From NCBI GenBank assembly GCA_030704615.1, contig CM060731.1, positions 27,280,001 to 27,344,000 on the forward strand: 64,000 bases of DNA, given 5' to 3'. Source of the DNA: Takakia lepidozioides. Lineage: Eukaryota; Plantae; Bryophyta. Positions 37,301 through 51,115 of the stretch are shown piece after piece; the first letter of the stretch is position 1, and each line of letters begins with the position of its first letter. Made by a program: the position numbers and the translations under genes. The notes beneath the pieces were generated by a model. That model made no database searches, had not been told where the DNA came from, and was given only the letters and a program-made list of their open reading frames with translations.

Positions 37301-37479
37301 ACCACCTTTGGTATGCAACATGGCATCACCATGTGAGCTGTCACTACTGGGCCCTCGATCATGGGATTCCCCATCTCATTTTGGTGTTTTATCCAGAGGG
37401 GACATGCTAACTTGCGATGGGTCTTCCATAGTTGCCTTGGTCAGTATTTCTTCTTGGCTGAGGATGCAGAAGCCTTAGG

Positions 37480-38330
37480 GAGCAGAACTACACCTAAATG
37501 GGTTCGTATCTGCAACAATTGCAATCAAGAAGGGCACATTGCTACCACAAGTCTGCCGAGAAGAGCACAGATCACATGTGGGAAATGCCACAAGACTGGC
37601 CACTGGACGGAGATGTGTGAAGTGAGATGTTCATTTTGCAAAGTGTTGGCTGGAGAGTGTATGTAGTCGTAAACTGGAGCAGGTCAATGCAGGCACTTCT
37701 GGAGTTAACCTTGTTGAGGTTTATTGTGAAGATGAAGATGAGGTCTTGGCAGAAATGACTGCCCTTATGAAGGAACAAGACGTTAACGAGATCAGACTGC
37801 CAAGAAATCGCACGCCGCTGCCTTTACCATCATCAGGAAAACCCAGACGATCGGAGCATGACCAGGAGAGTAACGAAGAACCTGCTACCTCTAGTGGTGA
37901 AAAGGGAGCTTCACGAGCACCAAGAAGTGTGGAGGGAGGTATAAAGTCAAGGATCTTTAACCATTTTTACAAGGGAGGATTTCACTGTCCCCTATGGATC
38001 TCATAATGTCTGTGCCAGGAGAACTAGAAAACCATAAGGGTCTGGTCAAGTTGTAGGCCACAAACATGGTGTCCATGGCCACGACATTGGCAGAACATTC
38101 TTTGGTGAAGTCTGCTGAGAGGTCCAGAGGTTCATATGACTCAAGTTCTAACGTATCCTATGCCTCCACGGGGGCAGGGTGAAGGCACTACACGCCATGG
38201 TTGCCATCGGCGATCACCAAGTGCTTGGATAGGTTGACATTGGGGCCATGCTTTCTGTTATCTCTGTGAGCACTGTAAGGGACCTTGGATTAATGGGATC
38301 AGTGGTCAGTGCGTTTGTACGTTGAGGTTT
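37480..38330 (+). mobile_element. Gypsy gag zinc knuckles and protease remnant
   Basis: CNNCNQEGHIA, CGKCHKTGHWTEMC, VDIGAMLSVISVSTVRDLGL. Confidence 0.6.
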
Positions 38331-38899
38331 GAGTGTTAGTTCATCCAAATTGGTATCCCACTAAACCAATAGTTATGTGCCACATAATCAAATAGGGGAC
38401 TCTGGGTTGGAACTTGCTAGGGGAGAGCGGAGATCCTGCTACTTTTAGCTACCTGGACATTTCTCATGTCTTTCTGATGTATTTTATGCTTTCTTTTTAG
38501 CTGTTTGAGTAAACTGGCGTAGGTTTTTGACTTAGCAAACGCCACCGCCATAGCTTCTCTACTCTCCTTGTTATGCTGTGGAGTTTCTACTGCTGCAATG
38601 GTGAGGGAGTGAGGCTCCTCACCGTTAATGCCCATGTCCAATATCCGTGTCTATCTTGTACGCTTCTTTTGAGCTATCCCTCGTTAGTTTTGATTGTAAT
38701 TTTTTCTCAGTGCCTCTCATTTCAGACTCCTACCTATGGGCTATCATCTTTACTTTTCTGCGTTCTCTTGTTGTCGTGATGATCGTAGAAACCTTACATA
38801 CAACATTAAGACAATACTTGCACCGCATGTTGTTTCCTAAGCCATGCATCTTTGCTCTCTACATATTCCATAAGTTGTTTCAGTTTGGGGAGGAAGGAA

Positions 38900-39780
38900 A
38901 GGCTCCCAACGATTTTGATATTTTCAAGAATCTGCAGAGACTCAGGTTGTGCTCGGGTGTGTGGTGCCATGGGTATTGTCGTAGCTACATTGTTGATGAT
39001 GTTTCTTATGGCCCCAATTGTGGTTACTGCTCCCCTCTACAAGGCTACTCATGCATGCACGACCACATGTAGCTCCGTTTATCAACCGACCGCCCATAAC
39101 AGCTTCCCAGCTCGATGCTCACCAAGGCCTAGTACCAAGGCCTAGTGTTCTTATCACACCAGCCCACATGGGTGTTGAAATCAATGACATGCTTCTTTTG
39201 GGCATGTCATGCTTTGGCTATCACCAAGTCATATTTGGGAGCTTGGTAATGTCAAAGCTCAAGTTCTCACGGTACTCTTGAATGATCAATTGGAGACTAT
39301 GGATCCATTTACATCGCACACGCACTTCGGTAAACTACCCTTTATGTCATAGTTACTCGCTTTTGTGTGCATGTCTAATTCCCAAACTGGTCATTAGGCC
39401 AACTTAGAGCTTCGGCTGCTCACTAGGACATATCGGTTTCCCCCCTTTGCTCCCCCATGTAACCCTCGACTGCACGGGCTGAGTGGAAATTCCCATGGTT
39501 GTATGCAGTCCGGAATAGCTGGCCAGACTTGGTCGGTTTCCGGCTCGCTCGCTTGCTTCACGAGCTTTTGGTCGCTTAACGGGCTTGCACCGTTCTTGGG
39601 GTTACTATTCCCTGTATATACTTCTGTGACTGTCGGCGGGGATCTCACAAGCAGCCCATGTCGATTTTGGTACAGAACCACAGTGATCCTACACTCGTTG
39701 TGAGAGTCGTGGTAAACCTCGGCCCACTCCCCGTGACCCCATTGCCCCACGATGAGTCCCGAGAGTCCCCCACGACTCCC
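38900..39780 (-). mobile_element. Partial LTR (39313-39780) homologous to 5215-5676, adjacent to a protease-like remnant
   Basis: The reverse complement aligns by eye with the chromovirus LTR 3' half (shared ACAGTCACAGAAGTATATA, AGCAGCCGAAGCTC, AGTTTACCGAAGTG). IQEYRENLSFDITKLP lies downstream on the minus strand. Confidence 0.75.

Positions 39781-39821
<41 letters not shown>
39781..39821. repeat. (AG)n microsatellite
   Basis: Direct observation; another (GA)n at ~41286-41306. Confidence 0.9.
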
Positions 39822-39823
<2 letters not shown>

Positions 39824-41824
39824 CTAGTTATGTCAAGACTAGTAAAAAAATTAGTCTGAATCAGACTGCTTCTTTTAAGTTAAAGACATCATCATCCTTG
39901 AAACAAGGCCCCATCAACAAACTCCAGTAGCGACAGGTATGTACAGATCAAGTCATAGTGAGTAAGTAGGTGGTGACTAGAACTCCACCTAAGAAAACCA
40001 CACAGAAAACAAAAGTCTTTATGTAGACCTTATGTGGAAAGAGAAACCAGCTTTCTTTTTTGCTATTATCCAGGATTAAGTAGGTGGGAGGGTGACTAAA
40101 AGTCACACACCCATCACCTTATGTCTAGGAGGGAACCACCAATCTAGAAGGGCACCAAGTATATTAGGTCAGTAGATACTTTTTGTGATACCAACATACC
40201 AATACAGATTTGAAATAATAGTACTTCTGAATTAGCCAAAGGATCTTGATATGATACTATCATGGTTCTCTTCCTCCCTAAGATAGAAATGTCAATTGAG
40301 GACAACCACCACTACATCTGAAGGGTGTGGTCAACCCTATTGAAGCTCCTAAGTACATCAACATGCAACAAGAACTGAGGACAGTAAATACCACAAAGAG
40401 GCAAAGCATTAGCCTCTTTGAAGTCTCTTCCGTGAGCCTGTAGAGGAGTCAAGCCTAAAAGAAAGGGCTGGAAAAGAAAGGGCTGGAACGTCACCTGGTC
40501 CCATCACAAGCACCCACACAACCAACAAGTTAGTGACTGTTGTGGAATACCAGGCTTTTTAAGCCCATCCCACTTGTTATCGATTTCCACTTTAACCAAG
40601 CTTATCTACATGCAGTATATAGAAGAAGTCCTCTAAGAAACATCATTTCAGAGATAGAAGCTCTAAATGATGTCAACTACTTCCAAGCACATCAACTTGA
40701 GATGGTGAGAATGCATGCAATGGCAATATATCTCATCAAGGACCAAACTGGAGAGGTAGGGATAAAACCTTGAAGTGTGTCATTCTCCCAACAGGCTGTC
40801 CCTCTTCCTGCTCAGCCACTTCACTTGCAGAAGATGGCTAGGAGTGAAGCCCACTACCCTTTTTATACTGAAGGTTATGGCTCATTTCCCTCCTTCTAGT
40901 CAATAGGGTGTTGTAGTAGGGAGAGCCAAGTGGCCAAGGGAATTAATTGCAAGAGGAGGCCGGTGTAGCTCTGCAATTATGATAGGAGCTTGGCATTTGC
41001 TCAAAAAGAGCTGCCAAACTAAATCATAACAAGCCATCAATGGTGTTATTGTAAACCTTTGGAATGCCACATGTTTAGTACTTTAGCAAAGTACATGAAT
41101 CTTGGGAACTAGGACATTAAATAGCAACCTCAATCAAAAGGTTTCAAATAGGTAATCATCCAACTCTAGGAAAGAACGTTTACTTTTCTTGTAGGTGCAA
41201 CTAAGTAGCAACACTCCATGGTTCTTTGAGGGCATCAACAAGCATCAGACCCTTAGTAACCTAGAAATCCAATCGAGCAAAGGGGGAGAGAGAGAGAGAG
41301 AGAGAGGGGCCCACCACCAACCCCCGGTGGACATGACTCCAAATGAGTGAGTGTGGTGTACACTCACCCAAAGGGAGTGTACATCAGACTCAAACTCAGA
41401 GATATCTTTCTCACTCTACTACTATATTCATAGATTGAATACAATCCCTCAACCCTGAACAACCAAGACAGAACGAGGCCCAACTTGCTATTCTCCAATC
41501 TATCTATCAGCCGCCAATCCACCTTCAGGCCAAGGATTAGCCATCCCACCCCACCCAAAGGTACTCACAAGGATAGAAGAAGGAGGGTATTTGATGAGAC
41601 CGAGAAGGGACCTGAAAGTTATTGAAACTGACTGCGAAGGTTGCACATGTAAGGAAGGACCAACAAAGCGCAAGAATGTAAGGAGATTGCCAGTGGAAGA
41701 GATGACGGATCTCACGGAGCAAACTCAAAACATAGCAACCATAGGAAAACTTGATGAGTTGGAGACATAAGTTGATCACCTTTATTTGTAGGTGGATCAA
41801 GTAACAATGGATAGTGGTCCAAAC

Positions 41825-42644
41825 CAGTGTGGGACTGGTATATAGGGTCTGGCCGGGTATCAACCAGGGTATTGAATAACCGACCCGGCTGGTATTGGCT
41901 TTTGTAATACAATGGTTAATAACCAACCGGGCGGTATTGGCAATTCCATTACTATGGTTGATTACCGGACCGGCTGGTATTGCCAAGGCAATTACCTGGG
42001 TGCATACCCGTACTATGGGCAAAAACAAGGACTATACCATGGTATGAATAGGACCAAGTGGAGGCTGCATAGATTACCATTATTTGACATTGACCGGGTG
42101 CACAATATGTCAGGGTTAGGTAAGAGGGTGCACATGGTTAGGTAAGAGGGTGCACATGTCACGAAGGGCATGTCCAGCCCCAAGGGCCCGTCACTATGCT
42201 TCATTTCTTACCACATGTAGGGCAGGCCCGCCCCTACATATATATATATTTTTCGCACATGTAGGGTGTCTTATGTGAATGCAATCAGTCTTCTTTTAAC
42301 TAAGCTTGCTTCAATTTGGATACTAAAATCTGCAACATTGTTATTATGTAATGCTAATAATTAATTTCTTTGTGAAATCAACTGAAATCTTCTAAATTCA
42401 ATACATATTAATGATTTAGTGGCTATTTTGATTTTGATTTTTTATTATTTATACCCGGGTTGATAACCGGCTCGTATTAGATTGGAATACCCATCCGCAA
42501 ATCGAAAATCATACTACTATTGAGAACCGGCGGGCATTAAAATTAAGGGAATCTTTCAATACTATGGAACCGGCTGGTATAATTTTTTTTCAATACCCGG
42601 ACCCGGCTGGTATTAGAAAAAGTAATGATACCCGCCCAACACTG
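41825..42644. mobile_element. hAT-family MITE / non-autonomous DNA transposon
   Basis: TIRs CAGTGT(T)GGG.../...CCCAACACTG; 8-bp TSD GTCCAAAC at 41817-41824 and 42645-42652; internal CCGGCTGGTAT subterminal repeats. Confidence 0.85.
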
Positions 42645-42927
42645 GTCCAAACTGGCTTTTGTGCAAGAGGAAGAACTCTTGCAGACCTTGAATTTGGCAC
42701 CGTATTATACCCGTGTAAATAGGGTGACATGATTAAAATTAAGGGAATCTTTCAATACTATGGAAACCGGCTGGTATAATTTTTTTCCCATACCCGGACC
42801 GGCTGGTATAGAAAAAGTAATGAATACCCGCCCAACACTGGTCCCAAACTGGCTTTTGTGCAAGAGGAAGAACTCTTGCAGACTTGAATTTGGCACCGTA
42901 TTATACCCGTGTAATAGGGTGACATGA
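42537..42927. repeat. ~195-bp tandem duplication covering the MITE right end and its flank
   Basis: 42537-42732 is repeated at 42733-42927, differing mainly by 1-nt indels. Confidence 0.85.
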
Positions 42928-43748
42928 CCTTCATTCAACATTTGTCTGTTTCCGCGAAGCTTTGTCTGAGAGGCTTGTGTATGGACAGGAGCTGTTAATG
43001 TTTGCATATTTTCCCGTTGATTCTAGGATTACTGTACCGTTTGTGCAGTTTTGAGCTCTTCTTTAGCGTGGCTGCAGGATCCCATTGTTTTGGTGTGACA
43101 CTTGAAAGAACTTGCTATTGCTTGCGGTTCCCTATTGCTTGCGGTTTGCTATTGCTTGCGGTTCCCTCACTGTTCCTTCTTCATATTTGCTGTCGGAGGT
43201 TCCTCTCTAACCGCAAACACCTACCCAATGCCAAATGCAGGTTTGAATCCCTCTATGTGAAGTTGTCTGTTTGCAATCGAGACTTCGATGGCTGTGGGAG
43301 CTATGGGAATTGGCATTGCAGCGGGTGTCATGACAAAGCATACGCCTTACTGGCGGAAGTCTGTCTGCGGTGTTGCAGGTGTCATGTTTTCTCAGAGAAA
43401 TTGCAGCTGATATTTAATCTCCCTAGCGCCATTCTTTGCTCTTCTCCTCCCCCCTAAATTTTCCGTATGGCTTGTGTACAGCTGATGTTAAGCCGGCCAC
43501 AAGCAGATTGAGTGGTCTGGCGCTTACGTAATTGTAGAGACCAGCATCTGTTCAGAAAGCTTCTTCTCAGAATTCTTCTCTCTGATTCTTAGTTTCTTCT
43601 AAGAAAGCAAGTTGTGTTGTAGGCCGGCTCCTCAACCCACAAATATCCTTTGACTCGGATAGCGGGAAGTCCGAGCGTCATCACTCTGTATGTTCGGTTC
43701 CTTAAGCTGTCAACTCTTCAAAATGGCAAGGCCCTCATCTTGTCTGCA

Positions 43749-46700
43749 ATGCCCGTGCATAGAGGGGATGCTAGTGATTCAGCCGAAAAGGGCTCGACCA
43801 ATACTGCGGCTACGGCCTCTCTAGAACAGGAAAGTAAAGTGAGGGGGCGCCCCCCTAAGAAGAGTGCTGGAGATGCTTCGGCGGTAGGCCGCCAATCAGA
43901 CGCCGGCAGTTCGACCATCCCAATGTACGTAAAGGCAACGCCATTTTAAATTTTCTCCGGCCAGATATGTGGGCTTTCTTCAGTTATTGTCAAATGTTTG
44001 TAAACACTGGCGAAGAGCTTCATTGCAGGGAGAAGAAGGCAGAGACAAGGCAGGTACTGAATGGGCTCCATCAAGACAATGGGGAAGTGGAGAGCATTGG
44101 GAAGGAAGAGAAGCCACGGGGTGCCCATTTGTTTCAGTATCCAGAAGGTCCCTCAGAGGCCTCTCTCTTAGTCTATGACAGTGGGTCTGGGGTCTCAGAT
44201 GCTGTAGCCAACCGTGTGGCTCTGTTATCAAAAGAAGGAATACGCACACGGGGATGTTTCACCATTGTTTTGTCAGGAGGTTCTCTTGTGAAGGTATGGG
44301 AAACTTGCATTTGTGGTTAGCATAGATATGTCCGAGCATTATAGCTGAGTGGAGCACTTCTAAAAGCTGTCTTTTTCCTTCCCTCCATCCCTTCCTAGGG
44401 CTCCTGCCTCTATGTTCTTGTTTATCATCCATTTGTCTCAAAACACATCCTATTCAACGTTTTTAGAACACTCATTATGTAGGGATGAATTCCATCAACC
44501 TCCCTGCTTACAGTGTTGGGTCTAAAGCCTTAAATTTATCAGACTTGCACACTTCTTGTTTCTGCAGTGAAAAGGGTTAGAAAACACTTTCACCAATTTC
44601 GTAGACTTCAGATTGTCAAAGAGTCCATGTAACGCAAAGTGTACATCTTATCTTCATGTTTAGTTTTGTAATTGTGCTGAACCTACCACAATTCACTCTT
44701 AATATGGTCATTTGGTACAATAAGAAGGTCTTGACCCTAAGTTACCATTTAATGTCCAGGTATAGGGCTGTAGATTTAATGTAGGATGCTGTAGTGCATG
44801 ACTCATGTAGCTGACCGTCTTTAAGGTGGGTGCAGGCATTAGCGCTGCTAGCTGAGAAGCCACACGTCAGCAACATTGGGTGGGATAGATGGCACGTATT
44901 CTGGGTGGATGAACGCATGGTGCCCCTCTCTCATGCTGACAGTAACTACAGACTTGCTAAGGTCTGTTTATTGCCTTCCTTACTTTCTCTACTTGTTGCA
45001 TAATTTATGTGTGTGTTATGTTTTACCTTAGATTTTGCAACTACATGTTATATAAATTGCAATTAATGTAACACAATGTTTCAGCCCAACCAGCATAGTG
45101 CTCATTCACAGCCAACAAAAATCTGTTCAGGAGGAACCGAGTGAGGATGTATGTGTTAGCCGTAGGAGGAATATGCTTGCTTCTGCACTGCTGCTCTGGC
45201 CCTCCATGTGGTAGTAGATGTGACTAATTTGGCTATGGTTGCTCTGCTAGTGACTGTGTCTGTGTGTATGAGAGAGAGATATAGAGGCAATATAGGTGTA
45301 AGTTGTTTTAATGTACAAGGTTATGGATACTGGCAGGAGGAGTTTTTGTCGAAGGTTCCTGTGCCACAGGATCAAATTCACACTCTGGATGATTGGGATG
45401 TGACCAGTGCAGCAGCTCAAGCGTATGAGCTCACTCTCAGGTTGCTCTCTCCCTCTTCCCTCTTTCTCTATCTCTAGCACCCAGGGTGATTCCTGGGAAT
45501 TGGTTACTTACGCCAAATCTGGGGCTTCATGTGTAGTTTTTGGGGTGAATCCCAGGATGGACAATTTGTCCTTTAAAACTACATGCTCCAGCTTAGGCTT
45601 GGATTATATGGCTAATGGTTCCATCTCGAGACTTGATAACAGAGGTACTTTGAAGGTTGTAATGCCCAAAAATGCTACTAATAGAGTCTCACATCAATTC
45701 AATCTCAAAGACGTTCATCCCTTCACTGGCTGGAGAGCGGTCTTAGACGTTAGTCAGCCCTGAGAAATTGGAAGTGCCCAGCCGCAAGCCAGCCCTTTGC
45801 ATATGAATTGTTTGTCGTCTATGTAGCTTACGGTTGCTCTTGGACGGCCAACCGTTCTGCACAGGGGGGACAATTACCCCGTGTGTAGATTTTGCTCGTC
45901 TTGTGTAGACTTTAAGGATTGGTAAACCATTCAGAGTACCAAATCCTTCAGTCACACGACGCTCAGGCTCAGCAGTCTTAGGGTCAGTTTGTCTGTCTGA
46001 CTGCTTGGAATCAACCTCATCCAGTGCATCAAACCGGTTAGAAACTATCAAGTTGAAGTCCTTGCCCTTGGTTGTCTTCCTGGAGCGCCTCATTGAGTCA
46101 CCAATGCAAAGGAAACAATTCGAAGTGGGACAAGTTCTTCGGGCAAATGATATTCACATCTGTGCTGGGCAAGAGACATGGGAAACTTCGGACAAACTCG
46201 TTGGAGATGTCAATGGTTATAAATGGATAGGTAAGATGTGCGCTCTTAAGGCAGTCTCTGCCAAACGTGGTCAAAAAGGGGTTGGCTTCTTTGTCCGTGA
46301 TTTCGTGTGTGACAATTGTGAAATTATCAGCAAGGGTTTGCGGCATGAGCACAGTATTTGGCAAAAAATGGAATTGAAGGGCGGCGTGAATACGAAGGAC
46401 CCCTTTGTGGGTTGTGTTTACGTGCCCACAGAGGGGACCCTTAGTGCTGGCGCAGACAGCCTTCGAAGACGTAAAGCTGGACTGTGATAAGTTGCTCACC
46501 AAAGGTCAGGTGGTCCTATTGGGTGACTTCAATGCCCGGGTGGGCAAAGGTCTTCATCAGGATGATACCATTGGACCTTTTGGTGAGGACGAGCTGAATT
46601 CTAATGGTAGACGGTTAATAAACTGTCTGGAAGACTTCAGCTTTTGACCTTGAATAATAGGTCAAAAGGAGACCAAGTGCAGTGGACTCGTGAGAAAGCC

Positions 46701-49700
46701 CAAACTGGGGGACGTTCCATTGTGGACTATACCATAATGGACCAGTGTGTTGATTGACAGAACTGATATTGGTACCCCTGACCACTTCCTGGTTTGGACT
46801 GAGATCAAAAGGTGTTTTCCCAACACCAAGAGATCTGTGAAACGTTCGATTTGGAAGTGGCGCATAGAAAATTTCCAAAATGAAGAGCTGGCAATGCAAG
46901 AAATGAAGTTGAAAGAGCAGTGGATTCATGGGAGAGTTTCGTCTCCTCTGTGGCTGACAAGCTAATTGGGAGGAAACTAATTGTCTGCGGTAGAATTGTG
47001 GGCTAAGTACTACCAGATCCGCAAAGATATCAATCAGCTTGTAAGGAAATTATACTGGGACAAGCTATACAGTGAAATAAACTCAAACCACCATGGGGGT
47101 AATGACGAGAGATTCTGGTGGCCCTTCAACGTTTGTACAAGCTGAAAAACTATCAGCAAGTACAAGCGCTAAGGACTACTAAGGGTGCAGTGGTGACTTC
47201 AACGGTTGACATTGTCAAAGCCTTTGAAACCCACTGGAGTATCCTTGGCAAAATCTCTAGGTCTAACAGTGAGGGGTTCTCTGAAGAATAGAAGGACACA
47301 GTTGGAAAAACTGTTCCTATGATTCAAGACAGCCCTGATGAATTGGAGTATATTTCAAAGGCTTACAACGGTCCCATTAGTTCTTCTGACATTGTGGAAG
47401 CCATTGAGCATTTAAACGGATATAAAGCTGGTGGACCTGATGGCATAGTCAACGAGCTTATTAAGCACGGTGGTGATCCCACTAGAGAGGCCCTTGTACT
47501 TCTCTTTAACCTTATCTGGAGGACTGAAATGATTCCCTTTCGATGGCGACAGGGGGTCATTGTCAATCTATACAAGAAGGGTGACAGAGAAGAACCGGGG
47601 AACTACCGAGGCTCATGCTCCTCAATGCAGTTGGCAAGATCTATTGCAGAGTTATAAGTACTCGTCTCGAGGTTGATCTGGAATCTAGAGGTTGTTTCCA
47701 CGAAGGCCAAGCTGGCTTTCGGTGAAACAGGGGCTGTGTGGGTCATATCTTCACTCTAAGCCAGATTATCCAGGGAAGGAAAAAAGAAGGGAAACCCACT
47801 TTTGTATTTTTCTTGGATGTCAAAAAGGCTTATGACAGAGTGTGGAGAGACGGTCTATGGCTCCAACTCTGGTCATGTGGGATCAAGGGAAAGATGTGGA
47901 GAGTTGTCCATAACTTGTATGCTCACACCAAAAGTTGTGTCACTGTTAATGGACAGAAGTCTAACTTCTTTGACAAAGATCAAGGTGTAGCTCAAGGATG
48001 TACCCTCTCCCCTCTGCTCTTCAACTCCTCGAGGATGTGGAAAGTGAGGGATTTGGGTTAAGGGTGGGTGATGCCACCATACCAGCCGTTATGTTTGCGG
48101 ATGACTTCGCAGGCATAGGGGAGACTCCTTCCAATCTCCAGGAGTTGAGATTGATGGTGCGGAAGATACTTTGACCTTTGGGGGCTAGAGGCTAATGTAA
48201 GTAAATGTGCATTGGTGACATTCAACGACCGAGGAGAGGGAGAGGGAGGAGGTGATCTCTAGTGGCAGTGGGGAAGCCAAGAGATTCCGGTCCTTTCTTC
48301 CTACACATACCCCGGCGTTGAGTTTTCGTCCAACTTGTAATTGGGATGCACATATTCAGAAAGTTGTTCAAACTGGCAAGCGCAAAGCGCTGGGTCTCAC
48401 TAAACTTTTCCACTGCAGAGGGATCAACTCTGAGGTAGAAAAACCATGCTTTGTCGAGTTATTAGACCTGCCTTGGGAGATGGTGGGGTCAGCTGCAACA
48501 TATGTCCTAAGTTAATCGACTCTATATCCTGGAAGCAGGATAGGCTAAGTCTTGGCGGAAGAGAGTAGAGATTCTCAAGGATCTGAATCTTGGCCCGCAA
48601 GTCTTGACCCTGCTGGATAAATCTGACTTGGAGGCTGTAGTGTCCAAAGCCATGTCTGTTGCCAGGAAATTGTCTGATGAAAATGAAGTTAGGCAGAAAA
48701 CTGCCCTGAACTTGTTTCCAGTCTCTGACATGGGGGAGGACATCATGGATGACCTCAACTGTCTTCCCACTCTCGGCACTAGACTGAAATTTAAACTCAG
48801 GGCGGGAAGCCTACCTTTGAACAGCAAACAGAAGCAGAGAGGAAAGGGAGAGTGCAATTGCCCGCTGTGTGGGCAACCTGAAGACAATATTCATTTTCCG
48901 ATTCATTGTCCGGGGTTCTCTCACTAGAGAGACGCTCTCTTCAAATCTATCAAGGGAATTGTGCCTGTACCTCTGTTTACCAACTTTGAAAGTTCGAGGC
49001 TGAGCCAAAAGCCCAGGCCCTTTTGGGGCCTGGACAAACCACATACAGCAGGTTGATGCTTGTGTAAAGGGATTTCTAGAGGAAATCTGGAAAACCCGGA
49101 TCAATAGTTTATTCCAAGGTAAGTCTTACTACCGGCGTCAGCCCCTGACAAAGGTAGGTTCTGTCCCTTTGTGTTCCGCTCAAACTGGGCGCGGGGTCAA
49201 TGGCCACAAGGCTACGGCAAACGACGTCTTATGAGTACATTCTATCTCTAGCACACATCTGTTGATGCTCTAGTATGGAATGAGATGAGGGTTGGGTGCG
49301 CTTGGTAGGGATCTGGTGAAAAAGAAAGTTCTACCTGCAACCACAGTCGGTTGGAGAAAGTATCCGCGGTTTGATTTGGTGAGCATTAATCTTTCCTCCT
49401 TTTCCTCTGTCATGGAGCTTTTTTGTTCTTGTGCTGCTTTTCCCAAGCATACCGTTGGTACATATTGGTTCTTCTCCCAGTGATCGTGCGTGTACCTATG
49501 CTTAACTCTTTTGTGTGGAAGGATGCATATGGTGTGCAGGTATGGCATCCAAAATGGTGTGTAGCTTTACTTTCCCATTTGTGCAGAGCTCCAAGTTGTG
49601 GGTGGGGCTTTTTCCTTGCCAAGCCAATTTCTCAACAGCCTTCAAGTCCTTAGGGAGCACTAGGCACCATAGATTGGAACAAATCTCCATAATAAACACA

Positions 49701-51115
49701 TTACATCAACAAATATCAAAAAAATTGTCATGTTCAAGACATAAATACCTTCATGGGTCTTGTTTGGAAGAGCAAACTAGCATCAAGGGAGTGGTTCTAA
49801 CAGTTCAAGGGTGGACAGTCAGCTGTCCATCTCCAGCTTTTGGTATGCTTATTGTTTGGTGTTGAACTGTGGCAGATATTGCTAGGCATTGGACCAGATG
49901 GGCATATAGCATCGTTGTTTCCCAACAGTGCTCATTTAGCAGAGACCAAGCGGTGGGTGGTCCCCATCACCAAGTCGCCCAAGCCACCATCTCGGAGGAT
50001 CTCCCTGACACTACCCTGTATCAACTGCGCTGCAAATGTAAGTTTTCTTTCTTTCTCTGTCTTTGTATTTCCGAGTCGGACTCTTTGATTTGGGGTGGGA
50101 TGTTATCTCCGTGCTGAATGCTGAATGATGGGATGACTGGATGTCAAATATGTATGGCTTTCAGGAGCACTGACAAGGACCAGAACTACCTCTTTCCCCC
50201 TATTTTGCAGTCACGGTGAAAATGCCCCAGAACAAATAGAAATAATTAACCTATTTCACAGTGTTGGCATGCAAAGAAACTTCCAAACTCTAAGAATCTG
50301 GACATGTTAAACAGACAAGGAGACGTCGAAATTGAAGTATACCAAGGGAAGAGTGGTCAGATTGACTGTGCTCTAGAAATGACCAAGGGAACGAAACCAT
50401 AATAGGGGCTGGTTAGCATCTTATATAGCCCCAAGCAGCCATGCCAACCAAGATGCTTGGAGGTATGGGTGGACAAATCAAGACAAGTGGCAAGGCTATC
50501 TTGCAGGAAAGTAATTGATGAAGAGCATTGGGACAGCTACCTGCATGGCCAGTGAGGTGCAGCCATTAGCATGGTCACCCTTTTAAGACTGTTAGCATCA
50601 GCATACTTCACACTTTCTTTTTTCTCCTTCTCAAGCAGAATTGTTGAAATGCCATTGGCAATCTTAGGATGGGTCTCCGGCCTGATGTGGTGGGACCCTG
50701 GAACCAGGTTTGGGAGGGTTAATATCTAATGGAACTATGCCCCATGTCAATGTTGCAGACCTTTACAGATTACCTCTCCCTCAAAAGGTATGATTAGTAA
50801 TGAGTTCACAAGGTTGCTGCCAATGTGTCAAGCAATTTTTTCCCCTGAAATTTAGTTGATGCCTATGTGCTTGGATGACAGGTGCTATTTGTCGTCTTGG
50901 GGGCTAGCAAGGCTGAAATTTTACAAAGAGTTTTTGAGCGACCTGCACTGCCAGGGGCTTTACCTGCCCAATTGGTGAGACCATTTGATGGTCAACTAAC
51001 ATGGTTGGTTGACAACGAGGCTGCATCACATTTGTCAATAGAGCAATGGAATGATCCAAAGAAATTTCCTTTCTGTAATTGGAAGCAGAGCAGGGCTAAT
51101 GTCGGCTCCCACTAG
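43749..51115 (+). CDS. PGL: 6-phosphogluconolactonase. Exons 43749-43924 (start uncertain), 44029-44293, 44836-44961, 45337-45440, 49309-49378, 49876-50037, 50882-51115
   Basis: [75 protein letters not shown]; splice phases are consistent. Confidence 0.92.
45481..49240 (+). mobile_element. APE-type LINE (endonuclease, RT, C-terminal Zn finger) inserted in a PGL intron
   Basis: 14-bp TSD TCTATCTCTAGCAC at 45467-45480 and 49241-49254. [15 protein letters not shown]; [36 protein letters not shown]; CPLC..HF..HC. Multiple stops and frameshifts. Confidence 0.92.

Noticed and set aside
42537-42927. Biologically meaningful tandem duplication
   Set aside because: The copies differ mostly by homopolymer indels, typical of a long-read assembly artefact; cannot be resolved without reads.
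34971-43704. MYB-CC spliced or fused to the PGL locus across the TE block
   Set aside because: Splicing 34971 to 43623 gives an early stop rather than a fusion, and there is no transcript evidence.
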